Of a stretch of 64,000 bases of DNA, positions 35,086 through 44,850 are shown one piece after another. Positions within the stretch are counted from its first letter, which is position 1; each line of letters begins with the position of its first letter. The stretch covers positions 1,338 through 65,337 of the forward strand of contig DASRSV010000030.1 of assembly GCA_035656255.1 (NCBI GenBank), in the 5' to 3' direction. Under the pieces are notes generated by a model. The model was not told where the DNA came from. It saw only the letters and a program-made list of their open reading frames with translations, and searched no databases. Made by a program: the position numbers and the translations under genes. This stretch comes from Thermoplasmata archaeon (lineage in GTDB: Archaea; Thermoplasmatota; Thermoplasmata; Lutacidiplasmatales; UBA184).

Positions 35086-37266
35086 TTGATATTCTTACGC
35101 GCGGTGGTTGGTCCCAGAGGAACCCCTTCGGTTCAGGGGGAACACGTGGTCGCAACGGATCTGGGCCGACCTGCCCAATCCTCGCTGGTGTTCGCGGTCT
35201 TACCCATCGTTGTCGCGATTGTAATTGTTAGCTCCCTGCCGACAGGGGTGCTGACCGAACGGAGCAGCGCTTTCGCGCCGGCGACAACCGGGGCACATAT
35301 TCACGCGACTCGAGCCGCCTACGCGGCGTCCCAACTTGCCGCCGCGAGAAACTCACTCCTCCCGGGCCAGGAGGCGTCGTGTCCAGTCACCGGAGCCGCG
35401 GGCTCGGGCCGGTGCCCCGCGGGTCCCGGGCCTTCTGGGGCCCGGCAGCACCTCGCGACAATTGGCCCCCTCCTGGTGCCGACCCCGTCGTGGAGCCAAA
35501 TCCGCTACCTGATTCCCCAGGGTCGACAGGTCGCGTCGATGGCTTACGATGCGAAGGACAAGTATGTACTGCTCTTCGGTGGGCTCAACAGTTCGGCCTC
35601 GTTGGGCGACACCTGGTCGTTCTCCGCGGGGGTATGGACGGCGATTCACACAGCGACGTCGCCTCAAGCTCGATACGGCGCCGCCATGACCTTCGACGGC
35701 GCGGACAACTATATCGTCCTCTTCGGCGGCTACAACAGTGCCGGCGCGCTCTCCGACACTTGGAAGTACGCCGCGGGCACGTGGACCAAACTCACCCCCA
35801 CCAAGAACCCGACCGCGGCTCTCTACGCGACGTTGAGTTACGACAGCAAGGACGGATACGCAGTCTACATCGGGGGACTCAGTGGTGCGCTGGTCGCCCA
35901 GAACGCGACTTGGGAATTCAAGGCCGGTCAATGGACACAGCTGACACCCACCCCTTCCCCGACGGCCCGCTACTTGGCGAGCCTCGCCTACGACGGACGG
36001 GACAGCTACCTGGTTCTCTTCGGCGGGGTTAACGCGACCTTCGCCTACCTTGGCGACACTTGGAACTTCTCCGCGGGCCATTGGTCCAAGCTGACTCCTC
36101 CGAAGGCGCCATCCGCAAGGGCGGAGTCGAGTCTAGGCTTTAGCGCGAGGGACGGGGAGCTGGTGCTCTTCGGGGGATACACCGGGGCGGCCTACCTCTC
36201 GGACGCCTGGACGTTCGTGGGCGGGGGGTGGACGAAGATAAGTACGGCTTTTCACCCGTCTTCGCGTGCCGGGGCGATGATCGCCGATGGGACCACCTCC
36301 CAGAATTTGGTGCTGTACGGAGGGGTCGTGGTTTCGGGCACGGTCATCAACCAGACATGGACGTTCCACGGTCTCGTCTGGACGAAGGCCATCCCCCGCT
36401 CGCCGGTGGGCCGAAGCCTTACAGCGATGACGTACGATGAGGCGGACGGCTATGTTCTACTGTTTGGTGGAAGCGACCTTGGTTACTTGGGCGACAGCTG
36501 GAAGTACCTCCACGGAACCTGGACGCCGATTCACACCTCCCCGTCACCACCCGCTCGAATCAGCGCCGCCATGGCGTACGACCAGGCCGACGGGTACGTT
36601 GTGTTGTTCGGGGGGAGAAATGCGAGCGGGCCTCTCTCGGACACGTGGACCTATCTCGCCGGGACCTGGAGCCAAGTGGTGGCCCCGGTTCCCCCGTCCC
36701 CGCGGGAATCGGCAAGCATGACCTACGACGCCGCAGACGGGTACATCCTCCTGTTCGGGGGATACGATCTCAGCGCGCTGAACGATACCTGGTCGTTCTC
36801 CGCCGGGATGTGGACGAACGTCAGTCCGCTTTCGGGTCCGTCGCCGCGATTCTCCTCGCAGCTGACCTACGATTCGGCGGACGGGTATGTCCTGCTCTTT
36901 TCAGGCTACCAGCCGTACCTCGTTCCCAACTCGTACAACGACACTTGGAGCTACAGCGCGGGTACGTGGACCAACCTCACCGCTGGCCTCGCCACAAGCC
37001 CCCCCGGACGAAGCATCGGGGTGATTTCGGACGATACCTACGACGGCTATCTGGTCCTGTATGGGGGATCCGACTCCAGCGGCGCTGGCGGTTACGTGAC
37101 GACGACCTGGAGCTTCGTGAACGGCGCTTGGGCGCAGCTTTTTCCGGCCGCGAATCCTGGTGTCCTCCTCTATATGTCGAGCGCATTTGACCCGCCAGAC
37201 AACTCCCTCATCATGTTCGGGGGAACTAACGGCTTGACGCTCCAAGGTGGAACCTGGTCATACTGA
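35086..37266 (+). CDS. Membrane-anchored Kelch-repeat (12 blades, two beta-propellers) surface protein
   Basis: N-terminal TM helix LVFAVLPIVVAIVIVSSL, then twelve repeats of the type YDxxDxYxxLFGG...DTWxxxAGxWT. Alternative GTG start at 35146. A GAAAATGA element lies about 24 nt upstream of ATG 35086. Confidence 0.7.
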   Translation: MIFLRAVVGPRGTPSVQGEHVVATDLGRPAQSSLVFAVLPIVVAIVIVSSLPTGVLTERSSAFAPATTGAHIHATRAAYAASQLAAARNSLLPGQEASCPVTGAAGSGRCPAGPGPSGARQHLATIGPLLVPTPSWSQIRYLIPQGRQVASMAYDAKDKYVLLFGGLNSSASLGDTWSFSAGVWTAIHTATSPQARYGAAMTFDGADNYIVLFGGYNSAGALSDTWKYAAGTWTKLTPTKNPTAALYATLSYDSKDGYAVYIGGLSGALVAQNATWEFKAGQWTQLTPTPSPTARYLASLAYDGRDSYLVLFGGVNATFAYLGDTWNFSAGHWSKLTPPKAPSARAESSLGFSARDGELVLFGGYTGAAYLSDAWTFVGGGWTKISTAFHPSSRAGAMIADGTTSQNLVLYGGVVVSGTVINQTWTFHGLVWTKAIPRSPVGRSLTAMTYDEADGYVLLFGGSDLGYLGDSWKYLHGTWTPIHTSPSPPARISAAMAYDQADGYVVLFGGRNASGPLSDTWTYLAGTWSQVVAPVPPSPRESASMTYDAADGYILLFGGYDLSALNDTWSFSAGMWTNVSPLSGPSPRFSSQLTYDSADGYVLLFSGYQPYLVPNSYNDTWSYSAGTWTNLTAGLATSPPGRSIGVISDDTYDGYLVLYGGSDSSGAGGYVTTTWSFVNGAWAQLFPAANPGVLLYMSSAFDPPDNSLIMFGGTNGLTLQGGTWSY

Positions 37267-37403
37267 GCGCCCTACCCTCGCACTCCGCGCGCGCCGCCGA
37301 TCCCGGCAGACAGGTCGATGAAAGTGAATGCGGCACGCAAGGGGCGTCGCGCGCGACGAGTCCGCGTCGCCGACGGCTCGGGGTTTGCTTCGGCCATTAG
37401 GCC

Positions 37404-37688
37404 TCAGTCTCCGCCCGCCCTATCGAGCCGCCTCGCCACCTTCTGGTACACCCTCACCGGCGCGCCCTGTCTGAGGCGCTTTTGGTGATACCAGAGGGTC
37501 GTCTTCGGTATCCCGAGTTTCCGGGCCTCCGGAACGGTCAGGGCAGCGATCTTGGCCGCCTGAACCGAGTTCCCGAGCGTCTCGGGCTGAATCTCGGGGA
37601 GGGGCAGGTCGAACTCGAACGTTCGGGGTCGGCGGCGCTCGGTCGCGACCTCCTCCGCGAATCTCTGGGCTCCGCGCAGAAGGGCCAT
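37404..37688 (-). CDS. Small HTH-domain protein (transposase/excisionase-type N-terminal HTH-like)
   Basis: AAKIAALTVPEARKLGIPKTTLWYHQKRL is a helix-turn-helix. 94 aa. It lies inside the putative island adjacent to the attR-like repeat. Confidence 0.45.
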   Translation of the reverse strand: MALLRGAQRFAEEVATERRRPRTFEFDLPLPEIQPETLGNSVQAAKIAALTVPEARKLGIPKTTLWYHQKRLRQGAPVRVYQKVARRLDRAGGD

Positions 37689-37895
37689 CTCCCAAGTCGT
37701 GGGCCGATCCCCCGGGATCTTGCGGGAAAACGGATGGTCAAGCCTTTGGAGGAGCTTCGGGGCTGCGCCTTCAGACGGGTCGATTGAGGAGGGCGGGATT
37801 GTCTACCGTCCCCGAGGAGCGTTTGCAGCGGGAGTAGCTCGTTGTCCGGGCGATTTCGCTCCCTTCCGTCAATAGTGTATCCATATCATCCAGTT

Positions 37896-37921
37896 ACAGC
37901 GGGCGAATCCGCTCGGGGCTA
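37896..37921 (+). repeat. Right copy of the direct repeat (partial tRNA-Gln 3' end; attR-like)
   Basis: ACAGCGGGCGAATCCGCTCGGGGCTA. The upstream sequence has no D or anticodon arm, so this is a fragment, not a tRNA. Confidence 0.7.
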
Positions 37922-38231
37922 CGGCCCTCGCGGGGGCACTCCTCCTCATACGAACCCCCGCTGCCCAGTGGGCTGGCTCTCGATCTCACGCGTTGTGCGG
38001 GCGATTGGGAGTCTCGCGGCTCGGGGTCGAGGGGACGACCCGCCCTGGCCCGGACGACCCCCCACCGGAACGTGTCCCGATAGGGGTCGGCAGACGTCCG
38101 TGCTCTCGGCCCTGCCCTCGGGAGGTTGCGCGCGGGGGATCCGCGGCCGGACGCGATCCGCTCTAGGATCGACCTCCCCGGTCCGGGGCGAGCTGCCCTC
38201 CGCGGCGTGGGGGGCGGGTCCTATGTGACCG

Positions 38232-39428
38232 TCAAGGATGTGTGACGCGGAATCCGGCGTTGCCGGCCGTCGCGCCGTTGAACGTCGCGGCCGCACGGAA
38301 TCCGTGCAGGTAGCCGCCGCTGACGGACTCGGTCAAGATCCCGAAGGACACGATGAACCAGTAGCGATGACTGGAGTTCAACGTCCAGTTGTGCCAGACG
38401 TCGCAGTACGTGTATGCGATCGCCAGGCAGTTGTCGCCGGGGGTGAGCGTCAGGGAGCCGTTCCCGACCGCGACGCCGCTGGCCGGAACACAACTCCCGA
38501 GCCCGAGCTCGCCGGGAAAGCGAAAGGATTGCACGAAGTCAGGACAAGCGTAGGTAAAGTTGGCCGAGGCGCACCCCGTTCGATAGCACCACGTGTAATT
38601 CTCGACGCCGCTCGCGTTCCCCGGCCCGTACCAATAGTCGAGCAGGCTGCTGAGCGAAGTGGCATTCGTCTGGTCGAAGAGCGAGATGTTCACCCAAGCG
38701 TACGACTGCACCCCCGCCGCGCAGTAGGATTGCGCCCGTGTATGGTTGGTCGGCTTCTGTGCGAGCGGACAGCTCTGGGTTCCTCCGATGGATACGTCCA
38801 CCGTATAGCCATACGAGAACGAAACCCGGAGCGAGTGGGCCGCGCTGTTCGCGATCCGAACCGGGACGAGCAGCGTGCCGAAGGAGCGGGCCAGGGCGAA
38901 GGCCCCGGCGTTCCTCCGCGTCGTCGGGGTGGTGCACCCGCTCAGCCCCGCGTGAGCGTATCCATGGATACCGGCGGTCTTGGGCGACCAGTCGACATGG
39001 CGGAGTGCGGTCGAGGCGCGACACGGGCCGCTCTCAAAGAGCTCCGCGGCGAAACTGGCCCGTGCGCCTTTCAGGGAGGTCACGGGCCCGGTCGGTGCCG
39101 TCGCCCCGGCGAGCGATGCGGCGACCGTGCTCAGGGCGACGAGCGTGGAGAACCCGGCGATGGCTGAGGTCCGATTCCGACGGAGCCGTGGGCGCGACGA
39201 GCGGAGAGAGCTCGGCTTCCCGCGTCCGATGGTCGAGCCATGAACGCGCACCCGTTCGGCCCGCGGCGTTTGAGGCGAGTGTTGTGTATAAACCTCGACT
39301 AGTCCGCGTGCGGAAACACGGCCGCAGGAGTGCACTCCAGCGTCGAGATCAATGTCGCGGCTGGCCGGTCTGCCCGTCGTCTGGCTGAACGGACGGACTC
39401 GGGCCGGGCCCTCACCGAATGTGGACAA
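38232..39428 (-). CDS. Secreted Cys/sequon-rich protein, paralog family member B (start uncertain)
   Basis: Internal signal-like segment RTSAIAGFSTLVALSTVAASLAGATAP suggests the true start is near 39240. C-terminal motifs are shared with the ORFs at 24428, 46217 and 47226. Confidence 0.5.
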   Translation of the reverse strand: MSTFGEGPARVRPFSQTTGRPASRDIDLDAGVHSCGRVSARGLVEVYTQHSPQTPRAERVRVHGSTIGRGKPSSLRSSRPRLRRNRTSAIAGFSTLVALSTVAASLAGATAPTGPVTSLKGARASFAAELFESGPCRASTALRHVDWSPKTAGIHGYAHAGLSGCTTPTTRRNAGAFALARSFGTLLVPVRIANSAAHSLRVSFSYGYTVDVSIGGTQSCPLAQKPTNHTRAQSYCAAGVQSYAWVNISLFDQTNATSLSSLLDYWYGPGNASGVENYTWCYRTGCASANFTYACPDFVQSFRFPGELGLGSCVPASGVAVGNGSLTLTPGDNCLAIAYTYCDVWHNWTLNSSHRYWFIVSFGILTESVSGGYLHGFRAAATFNGATAGNAGFRVTHP

Positions 39429-39431
39429 CGC

Positions 39432-39917
39432 CTACCGGGAGAGGTCGACCACCCGAGCCCGTTCTCGAGTCTGACCCCGCGGCTTTGAGCGTCGTCCCGC
39501 GCGCTCTTCCGTTGCTGTTGGCCAACGAAAGACTTCCACCCAATTCCCGTCGGGATCTTTTACGCAGGCCATCCAACCTCCGGTCTTCTGGGGAGTGACG
39601 GAGGTGGGTCGCGCCCCGCCTCGCAACAGTCGCTCATAGACCCGAACCAGTCTTGCCGGCGGCGCACGGCCGAGCGCGAATCCAATGTGGTCGAGCGCCT
39701 CCCCCGGGCGGTACCTCACCCCGAACCTCGAGCCGGGGGGATACCAGTTGAGCTCGAGTCTTGCTTTCGACTTGGGATCCTGCAGCCCCACCCAGATTCC
39801 GCGGCCGAAATCGCGAAGGTCTCCGCGAATGACCTCCCGGAGGCCGAGCACGCGGGTGTAGAAGCGGAGGGAACGTCGGAGATCTGAGACGCGGATCCCC
39901 ACGTAATGCAACTGCAT
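39432..39917 (-). CDS. VOC-family (glyoxalase/bleomycin-resistance fold) protein
   Basis: MQLHYVGIRVSDLRRSLRFY...LELNWYPPGSRF...LDHIGF. Paralogous to the ORF at 61969. Confidence 0.7.
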   Translation of the reverse strand: MQLHYVGIRVSDLRRSLRFYTRVLGLREVIRGDLRDFGRGIWVGLQDPKSKARLELNWYPPGSRFGVRYRPGEALDHIGFALGRAPPARLVRVYERLLRGGARPTSVTPQKTGGWMACVKDPDGNWVEVFRWPTATEERAGRRSKPRGQTRERARVVDLSR

Positions 39918-40114
39918 GAACCGAAGAGGTCCGCGGGGAATATCAGCCCGCGATGATCGTCGTTGCCCTGTGCGGAGCATTAGTAACATCCCCCTGTTGC
40001 TCCCCGTCGGTCCGTCCGGCCGGCCGATGCGGCCAGCGGCACGAAGCGACAGGGTCTCCCATCTCTTGTCCGCTTGAGACGCATCCGCTCAGGCCTATGC
40101 CCGCACGGAAGGCG

Positions 40115-40933
40115 TCAGGCGGCCGCCGGTCTCCGCACCCAGGCTTGGAACATTCGAGGTCCCGAGATCAGAGATTGCGGGTCCTCGGTGAATCCGGCGA
40201 GATCCTCCAAGGCGGACCGCAGTTCGGACGGGGTCGCGACGCCCGCGGCGAGGATCGCTTCGCTCGATGCCTCGAGGGTCGACCACGCCAGGGATTTCGC
40301 CTCTCCCTCGTAGCGCATCGGTTGCACGAAGCCGAACTGCGCTTCGGGGATCCCCACGTCGCGAAAGTATCGGCGAAGCTTTCTGCCCGCCGTCGGATCC
40401 CCGCCGTGCCGTCGCAGGACCTCGCTGTAGGCACGGACGAAGAAGGCGAATCCTTCGTTAGGCGGGTCACAGAACCATCCCTCAAAGTCGGCGTCCTCGA
40501 TCGCGAGCACCCCGCCGGCTCGCGCCGCCGTCCACATGCGGTGAACGAGGGCGATCGGATCGAGCAGATGTTGCACGAGCGCCCGCGAGTAGACGAGGTC
40601 GAACGCGTCGGGATCGTCCCATCGATTCACATCCATCCGGAGGAACTCGACGTTGCGAATCCCGCGCGTCGCCGCGGCCGCGCGCGCGAGTTCGAGGTTG
40701 ACGTCGTTCATGTCGATGCCCGTTGCCGAGCCCCCGGGACCGACGATTTCGGCCAGACCGAGGGTGACCTCTCCGCTCCCGCATCCGAGGTCGAGGCACT
40801 TCATTCCCGGGCGTACACCCGTCCGCTGGAACATTGCCGCCGTATCCGGCCATCGATCCCGGGCCAGCACGAGGAGACGATCGTACCCGGCCCGGCCCCC
40901 ACGGAGCACATACTTCTTGGGCTTCGAGTCCAT
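40115..40933 (-). CDS. Class I SAM-dependent methyltransferase
   Basis: Motif I CLDLGCGSG and motif post-I DLVYSRALVQHL. ATG 40933. Confidence 0.75.
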   Translation of the reverse strand: MDSKPKKYVLRGGRAGYDRLLVLARDRWPDTAAMFQRTGVRPGMKCLDLGCGSGEVTLGLAEIVGPGGSATGIDMNDVNLELARAAAATRGIRNVEFLRMDVNRWDDPDAFDLVYSRALVQHLLDPIALVHRMWTAARAGGVLAIEDADFEGWFCDPPNEGFAFFVRAYSEVLRRHGGDPTAGRKLRRYFRDVGIPEAQFGFVQPMRYEGEAKSLAWSTLEASSEAILAAGVATPSELRSALEDLAGFTEDPQSLISGPRMFQAWVRRPAAA

Positions 40934-41313
40934 CCGCGCACCTCTCGGCCGGTCTCGTGACCGACTCAAAAGGCCGCGGGTGGAGAGTGTGTGGGCGCTC
41001 GGCCGACGATCTCACGGCCGTCGGGCTGAACCCCGGCGGCAGTCCCTTGCCTCCGCCCGGCCGCGGTCGCCGGGGCGGTACGGGATCGGTGCCGAACTCC
41101 GATCGGACCCCCCTTTTCCGAACTCCGCGAGCGGGTGGCTTCGAGGTCAGCGAAGCTCACGACCGGTCCGGACCCTCCCCGGGACGCGGCGGGGCTCGCG
41201 CGGGCCGACAAAATCGGTGGCGAGCGGCCTCGTATCGCCCGGGCCGGTGGACGAGCCCCTGAACGACCCCGCGACCCGCGCTCGATAAGAAACGGCGACG
41301 TTCGATTCGGATC

Positions 41314-42270
41314 ATGAGTGCTGCGCCGCGGATTCGTCAGTGGCTCGCCGGCCCGAGCGCCGACCCGAGCGTCCGGCTGCGCTACTGGTCGGAGGTCGAG
41401 GGGCGACCCGCGTCGGACGCCCGGGTCCGCTCTGCCCGGAGATCGATCGGCCGCCTTGGATGGGCCGCCGAGCTCCTTTCGCGCCAGTTCCCCGACGGGC
41501 ACTGGGTCACTCGAGGCTCGACCGGTCGGGAGCTCTACCGGCCGAAGTACATCGCCACCAATTGGTGCGCCATCGTGCTCGGCGACCTCGGAATGACCCG
41601 GGACGACCGCAGGATCCGCCGTGCCGCGGAACTGATCCTCTCACGGTGGCGCCGCGACCTCCACGGAAGGGGCGCCGAGATCTGTATCACCGGCAATGCC
41701 GTTCGGACGCTGATCCGGTTCGGCTACCTGGAGCACGCCACCGTCCAGCGGTCGATCGACTGGATCGTCGATGCGCAGAAGGCGGACGGAGGGTGGCACT
41801 GCTTCCCCTCGCGGAGAGGTACGCTCGACGGGTGGGAGGGACTGGCCGCCCTGGCCGAGATCCCCGAGGCGAGAAGGAACGGGTCGGTGCGGCGCTCGAT
41901 CGAGCGCGGGGCGGAGTTCTTCCTGAGTCGGCACCTGATGGAGGAGGGTCGCGAGCGGTACGGCCCGTGGTTCCGCATCCACTATCCGAACCACTACTAC
42001 TACGACGTCCTCGTGGGGCTCCGGATCCTGACCCGCCTCGGGTACGGGTCGGACCCAAGGCTCGAACCCGCCCTTGACTGGCTCACGTCGAAGCGACGGC
42101 CGGACGGGACGTGGGCTTTGGACACCGATCATCCGGATATCGACGTCCGCCTCGCCGACTACGCCCCGCAACTCCCGGTCTTCCCGATGCGGTTGGAAAC
42201 GCCGAACGAACCGAGCCGGTGGGCCACGGTCGAGGCGTTGAGCGTCCTCGCCCGGCGGGTACGGTCCTAG
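41314..42270 (+). CDS. Prenyltransferase/squalene-oxidase-repeat-like (alpha/alpha toroid) protein
   Basis: Repeated DGHW / DGGW / DGTW aromatic-Gly motifs, typical of terpenoid cyclase/prenyltransferase beta-subunit repeats. A GATAAGA element lies about 27 nt upstream. Confidence 0.45.
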   Translation: MSAAPRIRQWLAGPSADPSVRLRYWSEVEGRPASDARVRSARRSIGRLGWAAELLSRQFPDGHWVTRGSTGRELYRPKYIATNWCAIVLGDLGMTRDDRRIRRAAELILSRWRRDLHGRGAEICITGNAVRTLIRFGYLEHATVQRSIDWIVDAQKADGGWHCFPSRRGTLDGWEGLAALAEIPEARRNGSVRRSIERGAEFFLSRHLMEEGRERYGPWFRIHYPNHYYYDVLVGLRILTRLGYGSDPRLEPALDWLTSKRRPDGTWALDTDHPDIDVRLADYAPQLPVFPMRLETPNEPSRWATVEALSVLARRVRS

Positions 42271-42355
42271 GCGGTCCCCCGACTTCCGTCCGTTCGGGCG
42301 CCGCGTCCCTCCCAGGGACCCCGTTATCCGCGGCTCTCCGCTCCTCGTCGGACGG

Positions 42356-43060
42356 ATGGTGTCCGACCCCTCGGCGGAGCCGGCGCCCTCGCTGCTCCGC
42401 GTCACCGTACGTCGGTCGATCGTCGCCGGGCGGATCTATCTCGCCATCGGGGCCGGCGTTTCGGTCCTGATCGGCAGCGCCCTCAGTCTCACGGCGGGCG
42501 CCGGTCTGTCGCTCGGGTTCCCGCTCCTGTTCCCGGTCTACGCCACGGTGGGAGGCATCGGAGGCCTGATGGTGTTCACCGACGACCGGATCAAGGGCGT
42601 CCTCGAGTATCTCATGGCGTACGGGGTCTCCCCGCGTCGCCTCTTCGTCAACGTTCTCATTTCGGCGATGGTCCTGGTCTCGATCGTCCTCACCCTCTCG
42701 GTCGGGACCGCGCTGGGTCTGCTCGTCGGCCGGGGGCTTACGATACCCCCGGTCCTCCTCGAGGTGCTGGTCGTCTATTCGATACCGATGACCTTCGCCT
42801 CGGTCGCGTTCGCCGCAACGGTCGGGATGTTCTGGACCTCCCTCTCCTCCCCCCGCGAGGGGATGAACAGTCCGGCGGGCCTGGCCCCGATCCTCGGGGT
42901 GGGACCGCCCGTCCTCACGCTCATCGCGGTCGGCCTCGCCCCGGCCGATTTTCTGACGGTTCTCGCCGGGGCGGTGCTCGCCATGGTCGTTCTCGTCACG
43001 CTCCTCGTGAACAACGTCAACCGCCTGCTGCCGCGGGAGCGACTGCTCTCGCCGGCGTAG
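42356..43060 (+). CDS. ABC-2-type transporter permease-like membrane protein
   Basis: 6 predicted TM helices immediately upstream of the ABC ATPase. Confidence 0.5.
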   Translation: MVSDPSAEPAPSLLRVTVRRSIVAGRIYLAIGAGVSVLIGSALSLTAGAGLSLGFPLLFPVYATVGGIGGLMVFTDDRIKGVLEYLMAYGVSPRRLFVNVLISAMVLVSIVLTLSVGTALGLLVGRGLTIPPVLLEVLVVYSIPMTFASVAFAATVGMFWTSLSSPREGMNSPAGLAPILGVGPPVLTLIAVGLAPADFLTVLAGAVLAMVVLVTLLVNNVNRLLPRERLLSPA

Positions 43061-43076
43061 CCGGGGGCTCGGATCC

Positions 43077-43973
43077 TTGGAAGTGTCGACGCCGCTCACC
43101 GGCGGTTCCACGGGCACCGCTTCCGGTGGGGCCGAACTCGAATGCCGCTCCGTGAGCTCGGGCTATCTGGGCCATCGAGTACTGGAGAACATCTCGTTCA
43201 CGATCGACGCTCCGTCGGTCTACGTCGTGCTCGGCCCGAACGGTGCGGGGAAGACCACCCTATTCCGCACGCTCGCGGGGATACTCCCTCCCATGTCGGG
43301 GGAGGTGTTGATCGACGGAACCCCCGTCGCGCACCAAGCTTCGAGGAACCGGATGCACTACCTGTCGCACATGGATGGCATCCCGTCGGGACTGAAGGTC
43401 CGCGAGGCGCTCGACTACTACGCCCACGTCGAGCGGGCCGCTCCGGCGGACGTCGATCGAGTCCTCGACCTCCTCGACCTGCGGGAGCTCCGCGGGAAGT
43501 TCCTCTCCCAGCTGAGCCAAGGACAACGCAAGCGCGTCTCGGTCGCCCGCGTGTTCCTGCGCGACCGGGCGATCTACCTCCTCGACGAGCCGACGAGCAA
43601 CCTCGACCCGAAGCTCGCCCGGGAGATCCGGTCGCTCATCCTCGAGCTGAGCCGCGAGAAGATCGTCCTCTACTCGTCCCACAACCTCTACGAGGCGCGC
43701 GAGATCGGCCGTCACGTCCTGGCCGTACGCGACGGGAAGCTCGCGCTCTTCGACCGGATCGAGAATCTGCGCAGCGCGAAGTTCATCGTGGGGATCCGCG
43801 TGCTCGAACCGAACGACGCGCTGGACGACTACTCCCGCCAGGGCGACTACTTCCTCAAGGAGCTCGCCGGCCCGGCAGAGGTTCCTTCGCTGATCCGCGA
43901 ACTGGAATCCCGCGGCGTGAAGATCCGCGAACTCCGCGAGATGGAGAATCCGCTCGAGGATCTCTTCACCTGA
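43077..43973 (+). CDS. ABC transporter ATP-binding protein
   Basis: Walker A GPNGAGKTT, signature LSQGQRKR, Walker B LLDEPTSNLD, and H-loop SSHNL. TTG 43077 or GTG 43083 start. Confidence 0.85.
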   Translation: MEVSTPLTGGSTGTASGGAELECRSVSSGYLGHRVLENISFTIDAPSVYVVLGPNGAGKTTLFRTLAGILPPMSGEVLIDGTPVAHQASRNRMHYLSHMDGIPSGLKVREALDYYAHVERAAPADVDRVLDLLDLRELRGKFLSQLSQGQRKRVSVARVFLRDRAIYLLDEPTSNLDPKLAREIRSLILELSREKIVLYSSHNLYEAREIGRHVLAVRDGKLALFDRIENLRSAKFIVGIRVLEPNDALDDYSRQGDYFLKELAGPAEVPSLIRELESRGVKIRELREMENPLEDLFT

Positions 43974-44034
43974 TCCGCCCGAGCTTCGAGTGCCTACACC
44001 GGCTGTCGATTCCGGACCCCCGCGCGTCCGAGGT

Positions 44035-44613
44035 CTAGCGGCCGCGCGCGAGTTCCCGATACCGGAAGCAGCCGGTCAGATGGTCGTTTACCATTCCGAC
44101 CGCCTGCATGTGGGCGTAGACCACGGTGGAGCCGACGAACCGGAAGCCGCGCTGCTTGAGGTCCGCACTGAATCGGTCGGACTCGTCGGTGGTCGCCGGT
44201 AGCTCCCGCATCGACCGCCATCGGTTCACCTTCGGGCGACCCCCGACGAACGGCCAGCAGTAGGCGTCGAAGCTGCCGAACTCCCGCTGGACCTCGAGGA
44301 ACCGCTGGGCGTTGGAGACCGCGGCCTCCACTTTCAATCGGTTGCGCACGATCGCGGGATTCTTCAACAGCGTTCGGACCTTCGCGGTCGTGAACCGAGC
44401 GACCCGCGACGGGTCGAACCCTTCGAACGCCGCGCGGAACCCATCGCGCTTGTGGAGCACCACCGACCAACTGAGCCCTGCCTGGGCCGCTTCTAGCACC
44501 AGAAACTCGTAGTGGCGGGCGTCGTCGTGGGAGGGGACGCCCCACTCGGTATCGTGGTAGCTCACCATCTGGGGGTCGTCCGAATTCGCCCACGCGCACC
44601 GAATCTTCGGCAT
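44035..44613 (-). CDS. tag: DNA-3-methyladenine glycosylase I
   Basis: CAWANSDDPQMVSYHDTEWG and zinc-binding C...H...H...C pattern. 192 aa. Confidence 0.85.
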   Translation of the reverse strand: MPKIRCAWANSDDPQMVSYHDTEWGVPSHDDARHYEFLVLEAAQAGLSWSVVLHKRDGFRAAFEGFDPSRVARFTTAKVRTLLKNPAIVRNRLKVEAAVSNAQRFLEVQREFGSFDAYCWPFVGGRPKVNRWRSMRELPATTDESDRFSADLKQRGFRFVGSTVVYAHMQAVGMVNDHLTGCFRYRELARGR

Positions 44614-44850
44614 CGGTCCCGAGGCCGGCCCCAGTCCGCGACTCCGTAATCAGTTCGACTCGTCTCGCAGAGCCGGACCCGAAGCGTCGGTACTGGTTCG
44701 CTCGGGAAGCATCATCTGCGGGCCAGGACTCGGAGGAAGGTGATCGCGCCGACGGAGCGACCATCCTCGCCCGGCTACGCCCTCGTTCAGGACTCGCGTC
44801 GATCCGAACCCTCCGGCGTCTCCGAGGGTGCCCGGCGAGGATTACTCACG

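Larger units (their letters stand above)
34670..37896 (+). mobile_element. Putative degraded integrated element inserted at the tRNA-Gln 3' end. Cargo is a Kelch protein and an HTH protein; no integrase is present.
   Basis: Bounded by the intact tRNA 3' end and a 26-nt imperfect (18-nt exact) direct repeat of it at 37896-37921. 475 nt of non-coding DNA lies directly after the tRNA. Confidence 0.45.

Noticed and set aside
37840-37921. Partial tRNA-like 3' end read as a second tRNA gene or pseudogene
   Set aside because: Only the T-arm 3' half and acceptor 3' strand are present and the upstream sequence has no D or anticodon arm. Interpreted as the duplicated att core of an insertion instead.
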